A DNA stretch of 64,000 nucleotides, from NCBI RefSeq assembly GCF_036321535.1, contig NC_087437.1:23314001-23378000 (forward strand), given 5' to 3'. Below are positions 39,011 to 51,183 of this stretch, in pieces. Source of the DNA: Camelus dromedarius (Eukaryota). Position 1 is the stretch's first letter; every line of letters begins with the position of its first letter. The notes below the pieces were generated by a model, which searched no databases, was not told the DNA's origin, and saw only the letters and a program-made list of their open reading frames with translations. A program made the translations under genes and the position numbers.

Positions 39011-41139
39011 AACCTGACAAGTTTTTGTTTTTTCATGATGATGATGATTTTCAACATAATTTCTAAGAAAATACGCTTTTATTTTTGAACAACTTGTTTA
39101 TAATAAAAGTTTTAGAGAGAAGCTTGTCTGTATTTGAGATTGAAGAATAAATCTGAGTAGTCATGCTGTTTTGGACAAGGTATTTGCAAACTCCAGTTGC
39201 CTAGTAGGTAAAATTTACTTAATAAATTTTCCTTTCATTATCTAAGCTATTTTCAGACCCATTATATGCATTAGGAGGGTCAACTTTCTATAGTGCTTTT
39301 AAGTAGAAAATTCATTCTGAATAAAACAACTTTCTTTAAAGAAAAACAATCATAGTTGTACATAAACAGTTGAACAAATATCTGGATTTCACTTGCAAAA
39401 TAGGATTATGGCAAAAATATTTTTGGATTTTGTTTTCTAAACCATCTTTCTGGATTAATTAAATAATACTTAAATCATTTCCCCCCAGTTTTCTGGACAC
39501 ATATAGCCATAACATATAAAGGGATATTAACTATACCCAAGAAGTATGTCAACTTGGGATGTTTTGTGGCATTTCTTTACTCACTAAATTGTTTTTAGTT
39601 GATCAAGTCATCATCATTTTAAGCTGCTTTCAAATGTGCTCAATACCTGCACATTTATAGATAAAAAAATCAAGATTTAAATATAGCAAGCAATTTCATC
39701 AGGTAATTTACAATGATTAGCAATCTCCCAAAAGGAAGTGCACAAAAATGAGAGCAAACCAACACATGTGAACAGATGAAAATTATCCTTTTGGTGCTTT
39801 CACTTGGGAGTTAAATTCAAAGCTAGTTTTCTGAGTTCTCCCTTTCCTTCCTGAATTTGAAAGATGAAATAATGGATTGATTTGTATATAACAGATATGT
39901 GATGACAGTTTTTGGAAGTAAAGTTAAAAATAAGGCTATACACAAGTTTTCCAGACAGTGAGGAGTAGTCCTAGGAGGAGAGACCTGTTAAGTTTTGTTT
40001 ACATTGCCTTCACGGTTTAGCTATCTTCTGCACCTGAATTTTGCATGTGTATGACATAACTAAGCAAGTGTTGCAGACAGTTGTATCTGAGAAGTGTGAA
40101 AGCGTGGAGAGCAGAATTGGGTCCCAAAGGAGAATATAGAGCCTCTAGATACATATAACTCATTGCATTTCATGAAGGAGTTTATTTCATAAGTTGTAGA
40201 GCAGCGTGTCCATTCCTTTTCTACTCCAGGCTGACTTTGCATACTCCATTACTAGTTTCCCTCCAAAAGTACAGGAGTTCACTCCTCTGGGAGGAAAGAT
40301 AGTCCATGTAGACTTCAACAACACCTGAGACCCTGAACATACCACCATGTGTTTGCCGTAATCGTTATGTTGCCAAAACTTCTCTCCTATCCTTTACTTT
40401 TGTTATTGAAATAAGTCAATTTTCCAGGACCTTCTTCCCACTGTTCTTAAAACACATTAATTCTTTCTCACCTGTAATTGCACTGCATTAACATTTTCAT
40501 TGGTCTGTTGGTCATTCTCAATATCTAGCAATTTTTTTCATTAATTTTTGTAATACAGAAGCAAGATTGACACTCTCAGAATGAAACTCAGAAGTCTAGG
40601 CAGAGATATAGGAGAAGCAGGGCTTTGTAAAACTATTCTATGTTTTAATCCACACAGCCAAATATATACAAAAATGCTATATAGGGATTAAATACATTTT
40701 TCTAGTCACTTCTTTCTAAACTACTTCACATTTCGGTGATTCTAATATGTTCTGCTTGAAGGTTTCTAGTGACAAGAATTGCTTGACATCAGCTTATTCC
40801 ACACTATTAAATAAACATGATTACCAGAATTACCCAATTATCTTCTGTCCACTGGTCCTAGTTCTGACCTCTAGAGAAACAGAACAAATTTACTCTTTCT
40901 TACCTATGAAAGGGATTTGCTGTTGTGAATACAATGGGTGATATCTTGCTTAGTTTGAATATCCTCATTCAAACTTTCTGCATATGGCACAGTTTCTACA
41001 CTCTTGGCGATCACGGCCATCATTCTATGGTTATGTTTAATTTTGCTAAGTCTTTCTTTTTAATTCAATTATCATCCATGTATCTGGTACATACTATGTG
41101 TTAGATAGTGGGTTAGAGTCTGGGGAACATTTATTTTTA

Positions 41140-41375
41140 TTTAACAAACATTTACATATTACTTTTTATGTTCTAAGATTTGTTCTAAGTGCCTCATAAA
41201 TATTAACACATTTAATCATCTTATCGTACCTACAGTTTAGGTACTATTATCTCCACTCATATACCAGGAAACCAAGGCACAAGGAAATTAAATAACTTGT
41301 CTATGGTCACACTGTTAAGAAGTTGTAGAATCAGGTTTTTAACACCTCCAGAGTCTGCCAAGTTATACTATTTCT
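41140..41375 (-). mobile_element. MIR SINE
   Basis: aggtactattatctccactcatataccaggaaaccaaggcacaaggaaattaaataacttgtctatggtcacac. Confidence 0.8.
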
Positions 41376-42544
41376 CACACACTGTTCTTGCTTTCATACA
41401 AAGGTCCCCTATGAACACAGAAGTATGTAACCCTAGGACCCACAGTGTAGAGCTCACCAAGATGAGAAGGAAAAAAAAATGGATCCTTGGAGACATCAAC
41501 GATCTCCTAAATCAAGCCTCATTTGAAGCAACTGCTCTAGATAAGCCAGTTGTCTGTATAATAAAACCAGTTTTCTAATGTAATAAAATTTCAATAGTTA
41601 AAAAATTATATATATTGCTCTCTCTAGAAATGGGTTTAAGAGAACTCCTTATGGTCACGATACTGTATTTTCTTAAATGTCACTTGAGATTGCATTGCCA
41701 TTTTATCACAAGTGATGGTATTAATTTTAGGATTTATTAAAGTACTAAGAAATTTTTTTCTATATGATATATTGCCAAATCAGATTTTTCCAATTCTGTT
41801 CCATTGCAATTGATTTTTTAAAATCTACATGTAAGACTACCCCTGTTAATTTATATATTAGTCTGGGTCATCTGACATAATGAGTTTATTAAATTAGTTA
41901 CATCTTTCAACTGTATAACATAAGGTTATCACTACCAAATGTTACTTACATGAAATGCTATTAACATAAATGTAGTGTATCCTGAATATCCATTACTATG
42001 GATAGAATTTCCTTCTGCATAAATACATACGGATAGTTTAAAAATCAAGAGAAAACAATCTTGGCAAAATACAATTTTGGTCTATTTCATATGTTTGGAA
42101 ATATTCTGACTTGTAAACAACTGACAACATTGTACAGTTGGAGTCACCAGATATAACAATGGCCTCATAAGTTTGAGAAAGTTAAAGCAGTTCATTGGAA
42201 CTTATGTAAAACTTTTTTTTTCTGAAATGATGTATAATAATTTAGCTTTGTGTGGATCAATTTAATATATAAATAGACACCACTTACTTCAAAGACTTGA
42301 AATATGATGGAAATCACAAAATGCGGAAATTATGTGATTGTACTTTGAAAACTATAAAGTGCTGATGAATAAGTGATAGCATTCCCAAGTTATAAGTTTA
42401 CAGCTTTAAAATTAAAAGCCATCTATAGATGCTGGATTGTTGTTGTAAACAGACAACCCGCAAAATCTCAACACATAGAATTTGATTGGTCTCAGATTCA
42501 TACATGCATGTCTGTTACCTGATTATAAAAGATTCAGCAAGTAT

Positions 42545-42775
42545 CACATATGATACTGCCATGTGCTGAGCCCTGGGTTAAACTCTTTCTGTGATGATCT
42601 TATTACTCCTCAGGTAAACTCTGAGGGTGAGTATTCTTACTATCTCCTTGTAATAGATGAAGAAACTAAAGCCTCGGTGGAATAAGGTACTAGTCCAAAG
42701 TCTTAACATTAATTAATCAACAAACTGAAATTGAACTCAGCTATCTGACTTGAGAGCCCGATCCCTCAGCCACTT
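42545..42775 (-). mobile_element. MIR SINE
   Basis: atagatgaagaaactaaagcctcgg…tagtccaaagtc…tgaactcagctatctgacttgagagccc. Confidence 0.75.
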
Positions 42776-42919
42776 TTTGGGTTTTTCTTATTGAAATGAG
42801 TGTGGTACTGCCTGGGGAACCAGACACCACTCTTTCTGCTCAGACATCGCTGGAACTCCTGTTTAAGAAGATTATGATCTATAGCAAAAGGGTGGTATTT
42901 TTAATGCAACCTAAATAAC

Positions 42920-43180
42920 TGTCTTGGGCTAGATTCCCCTGAAGCAGATCCTGAGAGTACAGTCTTATTAGAGAAAAGTTTGCAGGGTAAAGTGGTCAGG
43001 CTGTGGAAGAAGTAGAATAGGGAAGAGGAAGTACCTAGTACCTTAGCATGGGTATGAATTCAGTCAGCCCCGGCCTCAGCTTAATCTTTCAGATTAGTTC
43101 TAGAACATGAAATACACATTCAAGTGTATCCCAACTTGGGCAAGGAAGTGAGATTTCCATACTTCTGCACGGGCCTGTTC
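42920..43180 (-). mobile_element. ERVL LTR16-like fragment
   Basis: tgtcttgggctagattcccctgaagcagatcctgaga…ggcctcagcttaatc. Confidence 0.6.
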
Positions 43181-43579
43181 TTTTCCCATAGTTTTTTCTT
43201 CTTCTTCTCAGGGAACTCAGGTTCCCTTAGGGTGATATAATGTATTTGTTCCCCTCAGGATTCCTTAGCCCCAAACAGTCAAAGGGTGTCTCTGGATCTT
43301 TGCTTCTGAATATCAAATGACAGCTAAGAAATACTCTTATTGTAATATTGCAACAAATTTACAATTCTGATCTATATATTTTACTTCAAATCAAATATTT
43401 GGCAACTTTTTAGATTATCATTGACAGTAAATATTGATGTGTGTGTATGCTATGCATATATATAGCATGCAATGAGTATTGTTAATAATTATAATATTCC
43501 AGTATGAGAAGATAGGTTTTTCATCTTGAGTTTAGAGATGGAGGAATTTAATAATAGATAAAATTAGTAACTTGCCCAG

Positions 43580-44018
43580 TATATTTGGTTTCTAGGGCTG
43601 ATATAGCAAAGTACCACAAACTGGGTGACTTAAAACAATAGAAATATATTCTCTCACAGATCTGGAAGCTGGAAGTCGAAAACTAAACAACTGGCAGAGT
43701 TGGTTTTCCTCTAAGAGCTCTAAAGGAGAATCTATTCCAAGACTCTGTTCTAGCCGGCAATCCTTGGTCTTTCTTGGCTTGCAGATACATCATTCCAACA
43801 TCTACCTCTGTCTTCACATGGTCATCCTATTATATGGATGCTAATCATATGGAATTAGGAGTCCACCCTACTCAGATATGAGCTCATCTTAACTTATTAT
43901 ATATGAGACTATCATTTTTCCAAATAGGGTCATATTCTGAGCTACTGGGGGATAGGATTTCAGTATATCTTTTGTGTGTGTGTGTGTGGGGGGGGGGAGA
44001 CACGATTCATCCAATTAC
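43580..44018 (-). mobile_element. MaLR solo LTR, MLT1B/C-like, nested in a MIR
   Basis: ctagggctgatatagcaaagtaccacaaactgggtgacttaaaacaatagaaatatattctctcacag…tccaaatagggtcatattctgag; MIR halves at ~43490-43579 and ~44020-44080. Confidence 0.85.
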
Positions 44019-45869
44019 TGGCAAAATAGAAATTCCAAACCAATTCTCTGTTCAGTGACTCCAAATTCTATGCTTTTTCTATTCTTGAAGTATGGGGATG
44101 AAAACTCTGGTACACAAGTAAAAACTACAAAGTAAAAGAAAAATGGAAGTAAACTTTTTCACTCTATCTTTTGTCTTAGAATAAAAGAATAAGTACTTTT
44201 ATATTTCTTCACTCTCACAGCTACAGAATGTTTTGTTGAGCAAAATTAAGGGATAAATGACTAGGTTTTTAAATGAACAATGTGAAGCTTCTTTGTGAAG
44301 TTGAGGACAAAGCAGACCAGAGTGGAAGAAATGAGTGGCATATAATTTGAGCAGACAGACTGTTTACTAACGTGCAAAATTCCATAAACACTGTTTCACT
44401 GATTTAGTTTGCTTGAAGCTTGAATGCATATGAGGGAGAGAGCAAATCATAAGGAAATTGCTTCAAGGTAAGAAATGTGGAATGAGACATATAATTTGCA
44501 AAAAAAAAAGTAGCAAGAGGAAAATGATAGTTTCTTAAGAAAGAGAAATGCAGTCCTCATAGTTGTAAACTCATTTATTTGTCTAAAAAGAGAAAAAAAA
44601 GTAAGGAACAAGATGCAGTTAGGAAACTGCATTGTTAAGAGTAAAATGATGTAATCTAGAAAATAGAGACTGCCTTGTTGAGAAACTGGATTGATGATTG
44701 AAATGCAAGATAGAAAGGTAAAAAGATGACCTATCTAATGGTTGCAAGAGACATAATAGGTCTCCACAATTGGGTAAAAATTACTGAATAAATGAATGAA
44801 GGGATAACACCATTATGCACTTTCTTTCCTAATTACCAAATCCACACATTGTTTTTACTAATAAGGACATAAATAATTCAGTGTCTTTGTCAATAAATCC
44901 TTTGTATTTTTTAAAGAGAATGATGGGCCCATGTGCCTCTATTAAGCCTTGGGCAAAAATCAAAGAGCTTTCAATGTAATAAATTGTCTATAAAGACATA
45001 TTTCCAAACCTCAAAAAGTTTATCATCACAGAATCCAAATCTTAGTTTTAATTATTAGAAAGAGATCATTTAAGAGATGCACTTTATAATATTATAATAG
45101 AATATTTTGATTATTTGCTTTTAAAAAAATAAAGTAAAATGTTTATAAGACATAAATCTTACTTCAACACTGTACTCCGGCTGAACTAGTTTGGAAGGTA
45201 GAACTTTTGTGAGAGAAATAGGAGGCTACATATTCTCTCCTAAATATTGTGATAATGCCTCATTTTGTTATGTGATGCGTATGTGTTTGAAAGCATCTAC
45301 TAGTTTAAATTTAATTAAAAAAGAAAAGTACATTGATAATGTGTAACACTATTAGACATTGTTTAAATAATTTATTTGGATCCCAAATTGGAATCATGGC
45401 TCCATGTGCTCTTAAAATGGATTTGGTTATATTGATGCCAAAAGTAAAGAAAATACATAATCTGCCTGTGAATAAGCTGGAAACGTTCAGGTTTTCTAAA
45501 TTCTTCCAAATGTGATTATAAATTTGAGTTATAAGCTCCTTAGAGCTCAAGGAGTATTACTTGACACACCACAGCACAAAAGCTTGGCATCACACAGCAT
45601 CACCAAGAGCTGGCTTAATGTTTAAACAGGAATTCAGTTAAACTTAAGATTTCACATAAGGATAGACTTTTAGACTGATGTTACGTTAAATTATAGAGCC
45701 AAGGTATTCAGCCATTCATCTGCCTCTGCACTGAGCCACATATTTAACCGTCTAATAGGGAGAAGGAATCCAAACTTTAAAGTTTTTGTGAGGGAAGCAT
45801 TCAGACAAATTTAGCATACAACATAAAAAGAAACCCTTTGAAGTTGAAAAAAAGAAAGCTCTTCCTTAC

Positions 45870-46783
45870 AGACGGATGCTAGATAATATCTAAAGGAATG
45901 ACAGAATTACAAAAATAACTATTTTTCAACCTTCAATGCAATATAATCAGGCATGAATCACAAGTGAATGATAAAATCATTGGATGAAAGGTTATTGCAG
46001 AATGGGATATTCATACATTGCCAGATATAACCCCATAGACTGCTTAACTATGTATAGCTACTAACAAAAGGCGAACACATTGGAGAAAACTTGACAGTCA
46101 TCACAATAACTACCTTAACCCCAGGACCAAACACAACATCGCTAGTACTGGGGCCAACTGATATTATAAGCCTTTCCACATGATTCAATGTGAAAGACGG
46201 AGCATCAGCATTGCAATATTATTTCCAGTAATGTCTAACCTGAATCTAAAAAGCCTTCAGATCTCACTTCCTATTTACAAGATTCAGGAAATAAAAAGAA
46301 AAATGTAAACAATGTCACATGCAAAAATTAGATAAATCTATAGTGTTGAAATCCTGTTAAAACAAATGACCTGGCTTATTTAAAGAAGAGAAAGAGAGCA
46401 AGTTATAATAATCAAATGCAATGTCTGAAACTAGGTTGCATAGAAAATTTAAATAAACAGGTGTAAAAGACATTTGGACAATTTGGGAAATCTGAATATA
46501 GACAGGATGCTAGATAACATTATAGAATTATTGTACTATTCTTAGATATGGTTTTGGGATTTAATTTACATAAGAGAATGTCCCTATTTTTAGTAGACAT
46601 ATGCTGAGGGAGAGTTATTGTGCTGTAACTTACTTTCAGATGGTTCAGAGAGAAAAAAAAACATATATGTGTAGAAAGAGATAAAGCAAACATGGCAAAA
46701 TGTAAGCATTTGTAAGCTACGGTAACGTTAAACAGGTATTTATCGAACATTCTTTCTCTAAGTTTGAAAATTGAAAATAAAAG
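45870..46783 (+). mobile_element. Old L1MC4/5-like 3' UTR
   Basis: cattggatgaaaggttattgcagaatgggatattcata…ctaacctgaatctaa…ggaaatctgaatatagacaggatgctagataacattatagaattattg. Confidence 0.75.
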
Positions 46784-47784
46784 ATTGTGGCAAAAGGCCC
46801 TTTCTCTTAAAACAGATAAGGAATTAATTCTAAGCTGTAAATCACTGATTCCTGTCAGGTAAAATATGAATGATCTGTGATCTTTCATGGACTAAAACTT
46901 TTCTTCAAGTAATGGCTATAATATTTGATGTCTATTTTTTATTGCAATAAATTTGCTACAAATTACGTGGTATTTTGGTCAAAGAGTAAGTATTTTCTTA
47001 GGTAGAAGTTTTTTGTTTGCTTGATATTGTTTTAATGAAATGATATTATTTATCATAACAAAGAATTAATATATTGCTTTACCTTGTATTTGTTTCTACT
47101 ACTTGCTTCTACATAGGACGTTCGTGCATTGTTAAATTTTGGCATTATAAGTGACGTTCTTCAGCTGTGCCAATGTAACTGGAAAACTGTGGTAATGACT
47201 GCTACACCCTTAGCTAAAGTAGCTACCAGAGGTTTTATGGGATCCGTGTTATACATGTGCCTTTTAGCTTCTCAGCTTTCTCTTCTAACAAAAACCTGGT
47301 GAGCTCATTATAAAATAGTTGTAATAAAGAAAAAAAAGTACACTTAATCTTTGTAACTGATATTCGCTTTCTCTTCATGGGCCTATAGTTGCCTTTCTTC
47401 TCTGGATGAGATGATAGAGAAGTATCTGAGATACATCAAGTTCCATTTCCCTTCAGCATTGGCAGTGGGCTTTTCTGGGAGTGAAGAGATCAATTTCTCT
47501 CCTTTATCCTAGAATTTACAGGTTTCTGGGCTCATACTTAGCCTGGTAAGGAGGTGAGTATACAGCTGTCATTTTTGATGTCCTTGCCCTTTGTAGACAC
47601 TATTATACTTATGTTTTATGCTACTATTAGTAGCACAATATACAAGAATGTAGTTGCATGTAGCTCTATCCTTTCCTTTATGTTTCTAATACAACCAATA
47701 CTCTGAGCAAAGCCACAAATCCAACTGATTACACCTGCCATCATATAGTTACAAAGACCTGTGATAGAGTATGAGAAGGAGACT

Positions 47785-48000
47785 ATTCATTCATTTGTAA
47801 AGTGTTTAGTGAGAACCCTCATGTGCAAGTCACTCTGCCTCTCATTGTCTACAGTCAAACAATGAATAAAGTTTGATTCTTGAGCTCAAAAACTTTGTTA
47901 CTAAACAGGGGAAAAGAACCTGAACATGAATGACTGAGAATAAGGCAGTAGCTGAGAAAGGTCATGTGAGTACCACAGGAATTTAGAAAGTGAAATTAAA
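47785..48000 (-). mobile_element. L2 3'-end fragment
   Basis: attcattcatttgtaaagtgtttagtgagaaccctcatgtgcaagtcact. Confidence 0.6.
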
Positions 48001-48008
48001 TCTGTCTA

Positions 48009-48606
48009 TGCACTACTTAAAATAGCCAGGGCATGGAAACAACCTAAATGTCCATCAACAGATGACTGAATAAAGAAGATATGGTATATTTATACAATGG
48101 AATACTACTCAGCCATGAAAAGGAATAAAATAGTGCCATTTACAGCAACATGGATGGACCTGGAGAATGTCATTCTAAGTAAGTAAGCCAGAAAAAGAAA
48201 GAAAACACCATATGATAACACTTTTATGTGGAATCTTAAAAAGAAAAAAGACACAAATGAATTTATTTACAAAACAGAAACAGACTCACAGACATAGAAA
48301 ACAAATCTATAGTTACCAGGAGGGAAAGGGGGTAGGAAGGGATTAATTGGGAGTTTCAGATTTGCAGATATTTACTACTATATATAAAATAGATAAATAA
48401 CAAGTTCATACTGTATAGCCCAGGAAACGATATTCAATAGCTTGTAATAACCTATAATAAAAATGAAAAATAATATGAAAAGGAATATATATATATATGT
48501 ATACGTATGACTGAGACATTACGCTGTACAACAGAAATTGACACAACATTGTAAACTGACTCTACTTCAAGTAAAAAATAAACACATAGCTCTGAAATTA
48601 AGAAAA
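48009..48606 (+). mobile_element. 5'-truncated LINE-1 (ORF2 end and 3' UTR) with TSD
   Basis: catggaaacaacctaaatgtccatcaacagatgactg…; TSD aaatctgtcta at 47998-48008 and 48607-48617. Confidence 0.95.
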
Positions 48607-49249
48607 AAATCTGTCTACAAGGGCTCTGATGTTAGATCACCTTTGAGTTCATGCTAACTGGTTGATTTCCTAACTGGACAAAATATTTAGTAGTTTTTCT
48701 TTCAGTTTCTTTATTTACAAAAATGACAAAACAGTAGCTCCTTTCTCTAGGTTTTGTATACTAAATGAGACAATTGGTGTAGAGTATAAAGCATAAATTG
48801 GCTTAAACTGGTGATTTATTGAAGAATAACATCTTTATAAAGTGTAGAACACTGTGCAAAGGTACTCAGAATGTCACACCTAATTCACAGTGATTCAACT
48901 TGCCCTTTCCATCTCTAGAGCTATCTAGTAATGAACTACTTGATTAGCAGTAATTTCACAAAAATAAATTACATAAAAACAAATTCTACTATGGGAGTTT
49001 AAGTATAAAAGCAGAGAAGATAACGCTAATGCTAACTTCTGGAAAAACGTGTAAGACATGTAGAATTTCCCCCAAAAGAATAAAACATTTTGCCTCTTTG
49101 ATAAGTTGCAGTAGAATAAACACTGTGCCAGGAGTAACTGGACCTGCATTATAACCCTGGCCTTAATGTCTATACTGTCTCTTAATAATCACATGTATCA
49201 AATCAGGATAATACTGTTTTTCACTGCTTTATTATACACTTGCTTAACC

Positions 49250-49540
49250 TTTTCCTTCCTTCCTTCCTTCCTACTTTTCTTCTCTCTTACCTCCCTCTTT
49301 TTCTCCTTTTCTTCTATTCCTTCCTTCTTTCTTTTTATTTATTCTTCAAAACATCCATGCCATGTTCCAAGAACTCTAATAAGGCCCTAAAGTAAGCACA
49401 GTGAAAATACAGCTATCATCTCTTTGTTCTTGGAGCTCACAGTCTAGGGGAAAGGAAAGAATCTAAACAAGAAATTTCAATAAATCCAAAGACGTAATAT
49501 CAGTGAGAGTTCTGGTACTATGAAAAATTAAATAATGAAA
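49250..49540 (-). mobile_element. Pyrimidine-rich (TTCC) low-complexity tract merging into an L2 tail
   Basis: ttccttccttccttcc…tttatttattcttcaaa…tggagctcacagtctagggg. Confidence 0.55.
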
Positions 49541-50401
49541 AGGCTCCAAAGCTTTGAACAAGCGTAAATACGACTCTTAAACAAGAACACTGTGTAATCT
49601 GAAAATAGCCACTCTTAGACAATGTGCAAATTAACCTGTGCCCATGGCATGCTGGACAAATAATTTCTTCTTTTTCGATGAGAAATTCTTTTGTCTGTAG
49701 TGACTGGAATTGTGGCAGCTGTCCAATTTCATTAGGCCTCTTCTCTGTAATACTGGTAAGGCACTATTTTCATTGTGTTCAAGTGACTGATTTTTCAGAT
49801 ACTGCTGTGTGATTGTTTTTTCTATGAAATACTTGAAATACAAAGTAGCATATAGAGAAAAATACAAGCAAATTCACATAGCCATTATCTAGTCTTATCA
49901 AATCTTAGCATTTTGGCAATTTTTTTAGACTTTTGAAAGAAATTATATGATACAGATACTTGAGTATGCTTTCAATTCCATCTTCCATTCTCCTTTCTTA
50001 GTGAAACCTAAATTATGCAATTATCATTTCTATCAAAATATTAGCAATATTACTATAGTATTTATAAATGATAGGTAGCATTGTTTTGAATACATTTAAA
50101 CTATGTTAACAATATGGTATTGTATGTATTATTCTGCATCTCGCTTGCTTATTTTGCTCATTATGATATATAATATGGTCCTATGTAAAGATATATAGTT
50201 CATACATAAGATATATCATATATATGTATATGTATATATACATACATTTCATTTTAATGGCCATTCTGTATTTCATTGTTTGATTATATTATATATTATT
50301 TATGTATTTTTATTAAATAACATATAGTTTACAGATTTCACTATTACAAATCATAGCACAGTGACCATTATTGTAGAAAATACCATTTCCACAAGTTCTT
50401 T

Positions 50402-50463
50402 CTTTCTTTCTTTCTTTTTACTGAAGTATGGTCAGCTACAATATGTCAATTTCTGGTGTACAG
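50402..50463 (-). mobile_element. Extremely truncated young L1 (last ~45 nt plus TC-rich tail) with perfect TSD
   Basis: actgaagtatggtcagctacaatatgtcaatttctggtgtacag; TSD cacaagttcttt at 50390-50401 and 50464-50475. Confidence 0.85.
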
Positions 50464-50475
50464 CACAAGTTCTTT

Positions 50476-50623
50476 ATATTTCTTTTTTTTTCAGGTCGGT
50501 GTAGCCACTATCATATGAAAAACATGATGAAGTTTCCTCAAAAAACTAAAAATAGATTTAACATATCATGAAGCAACCCTACTTCTGGGTATACCTCAGG
50601 AGAAAACTCAAGGTCATAAAAAT
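50476..50623 (+). mobile_element. T-run followed by a plus-oriented L1 ORF2 fragment
   Basis: ggtgtagccactat…ttcctcaaaaaactaaaaataga…cctacttctgggtata, similar to 2797-2890. Confidence 0.75.
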
Positions 50624-51183
50624 ACAAGTTCTTATTCTTTTTTTTTTTTTTAACAATATGTAGAAGGAAGTCTAGGGATTGTGGACCAAAGGGAAGGCAA
50701 ACTTTTAACTCTACTAGATGCTTCAAATTGTTCTCCAAAAGATTATACTCATTACTTTTCATCATCCATGCATGGGATTTTCCATTTCTTCTCTTTACCA
50801 ATACTTAAATTGTCAGATTTTAATTATTTCCAAACTGATGAACCTGAAGTTGCATCTCAAGGATTGTTACTTTTTTTTACCTTTCCTTGATTAATATTGA
50901 GATTATCTATTCATGTTTCTTGGTTACTTGGTTTCCACTTTTATTAGTTTTCAGTTTATATACTTTGCCAATTTTCCAATGAGTTGTTTTTTCTGATTGA
51001 TATGTTAGAGTTCTTAAAAATTATACATACTAGTATTTTATGAATTATATGATTTAAGGCTATTTTATCCTTGTTGGTGGTTTGTCATTCTCCCTTGCTT
51101 TAGTTAACTTTTGATGAACTGATGAATGAGTTTATCATTTAAGGAATATATATTTATGTGATGTTTAAAAATTCTTTCCTACT

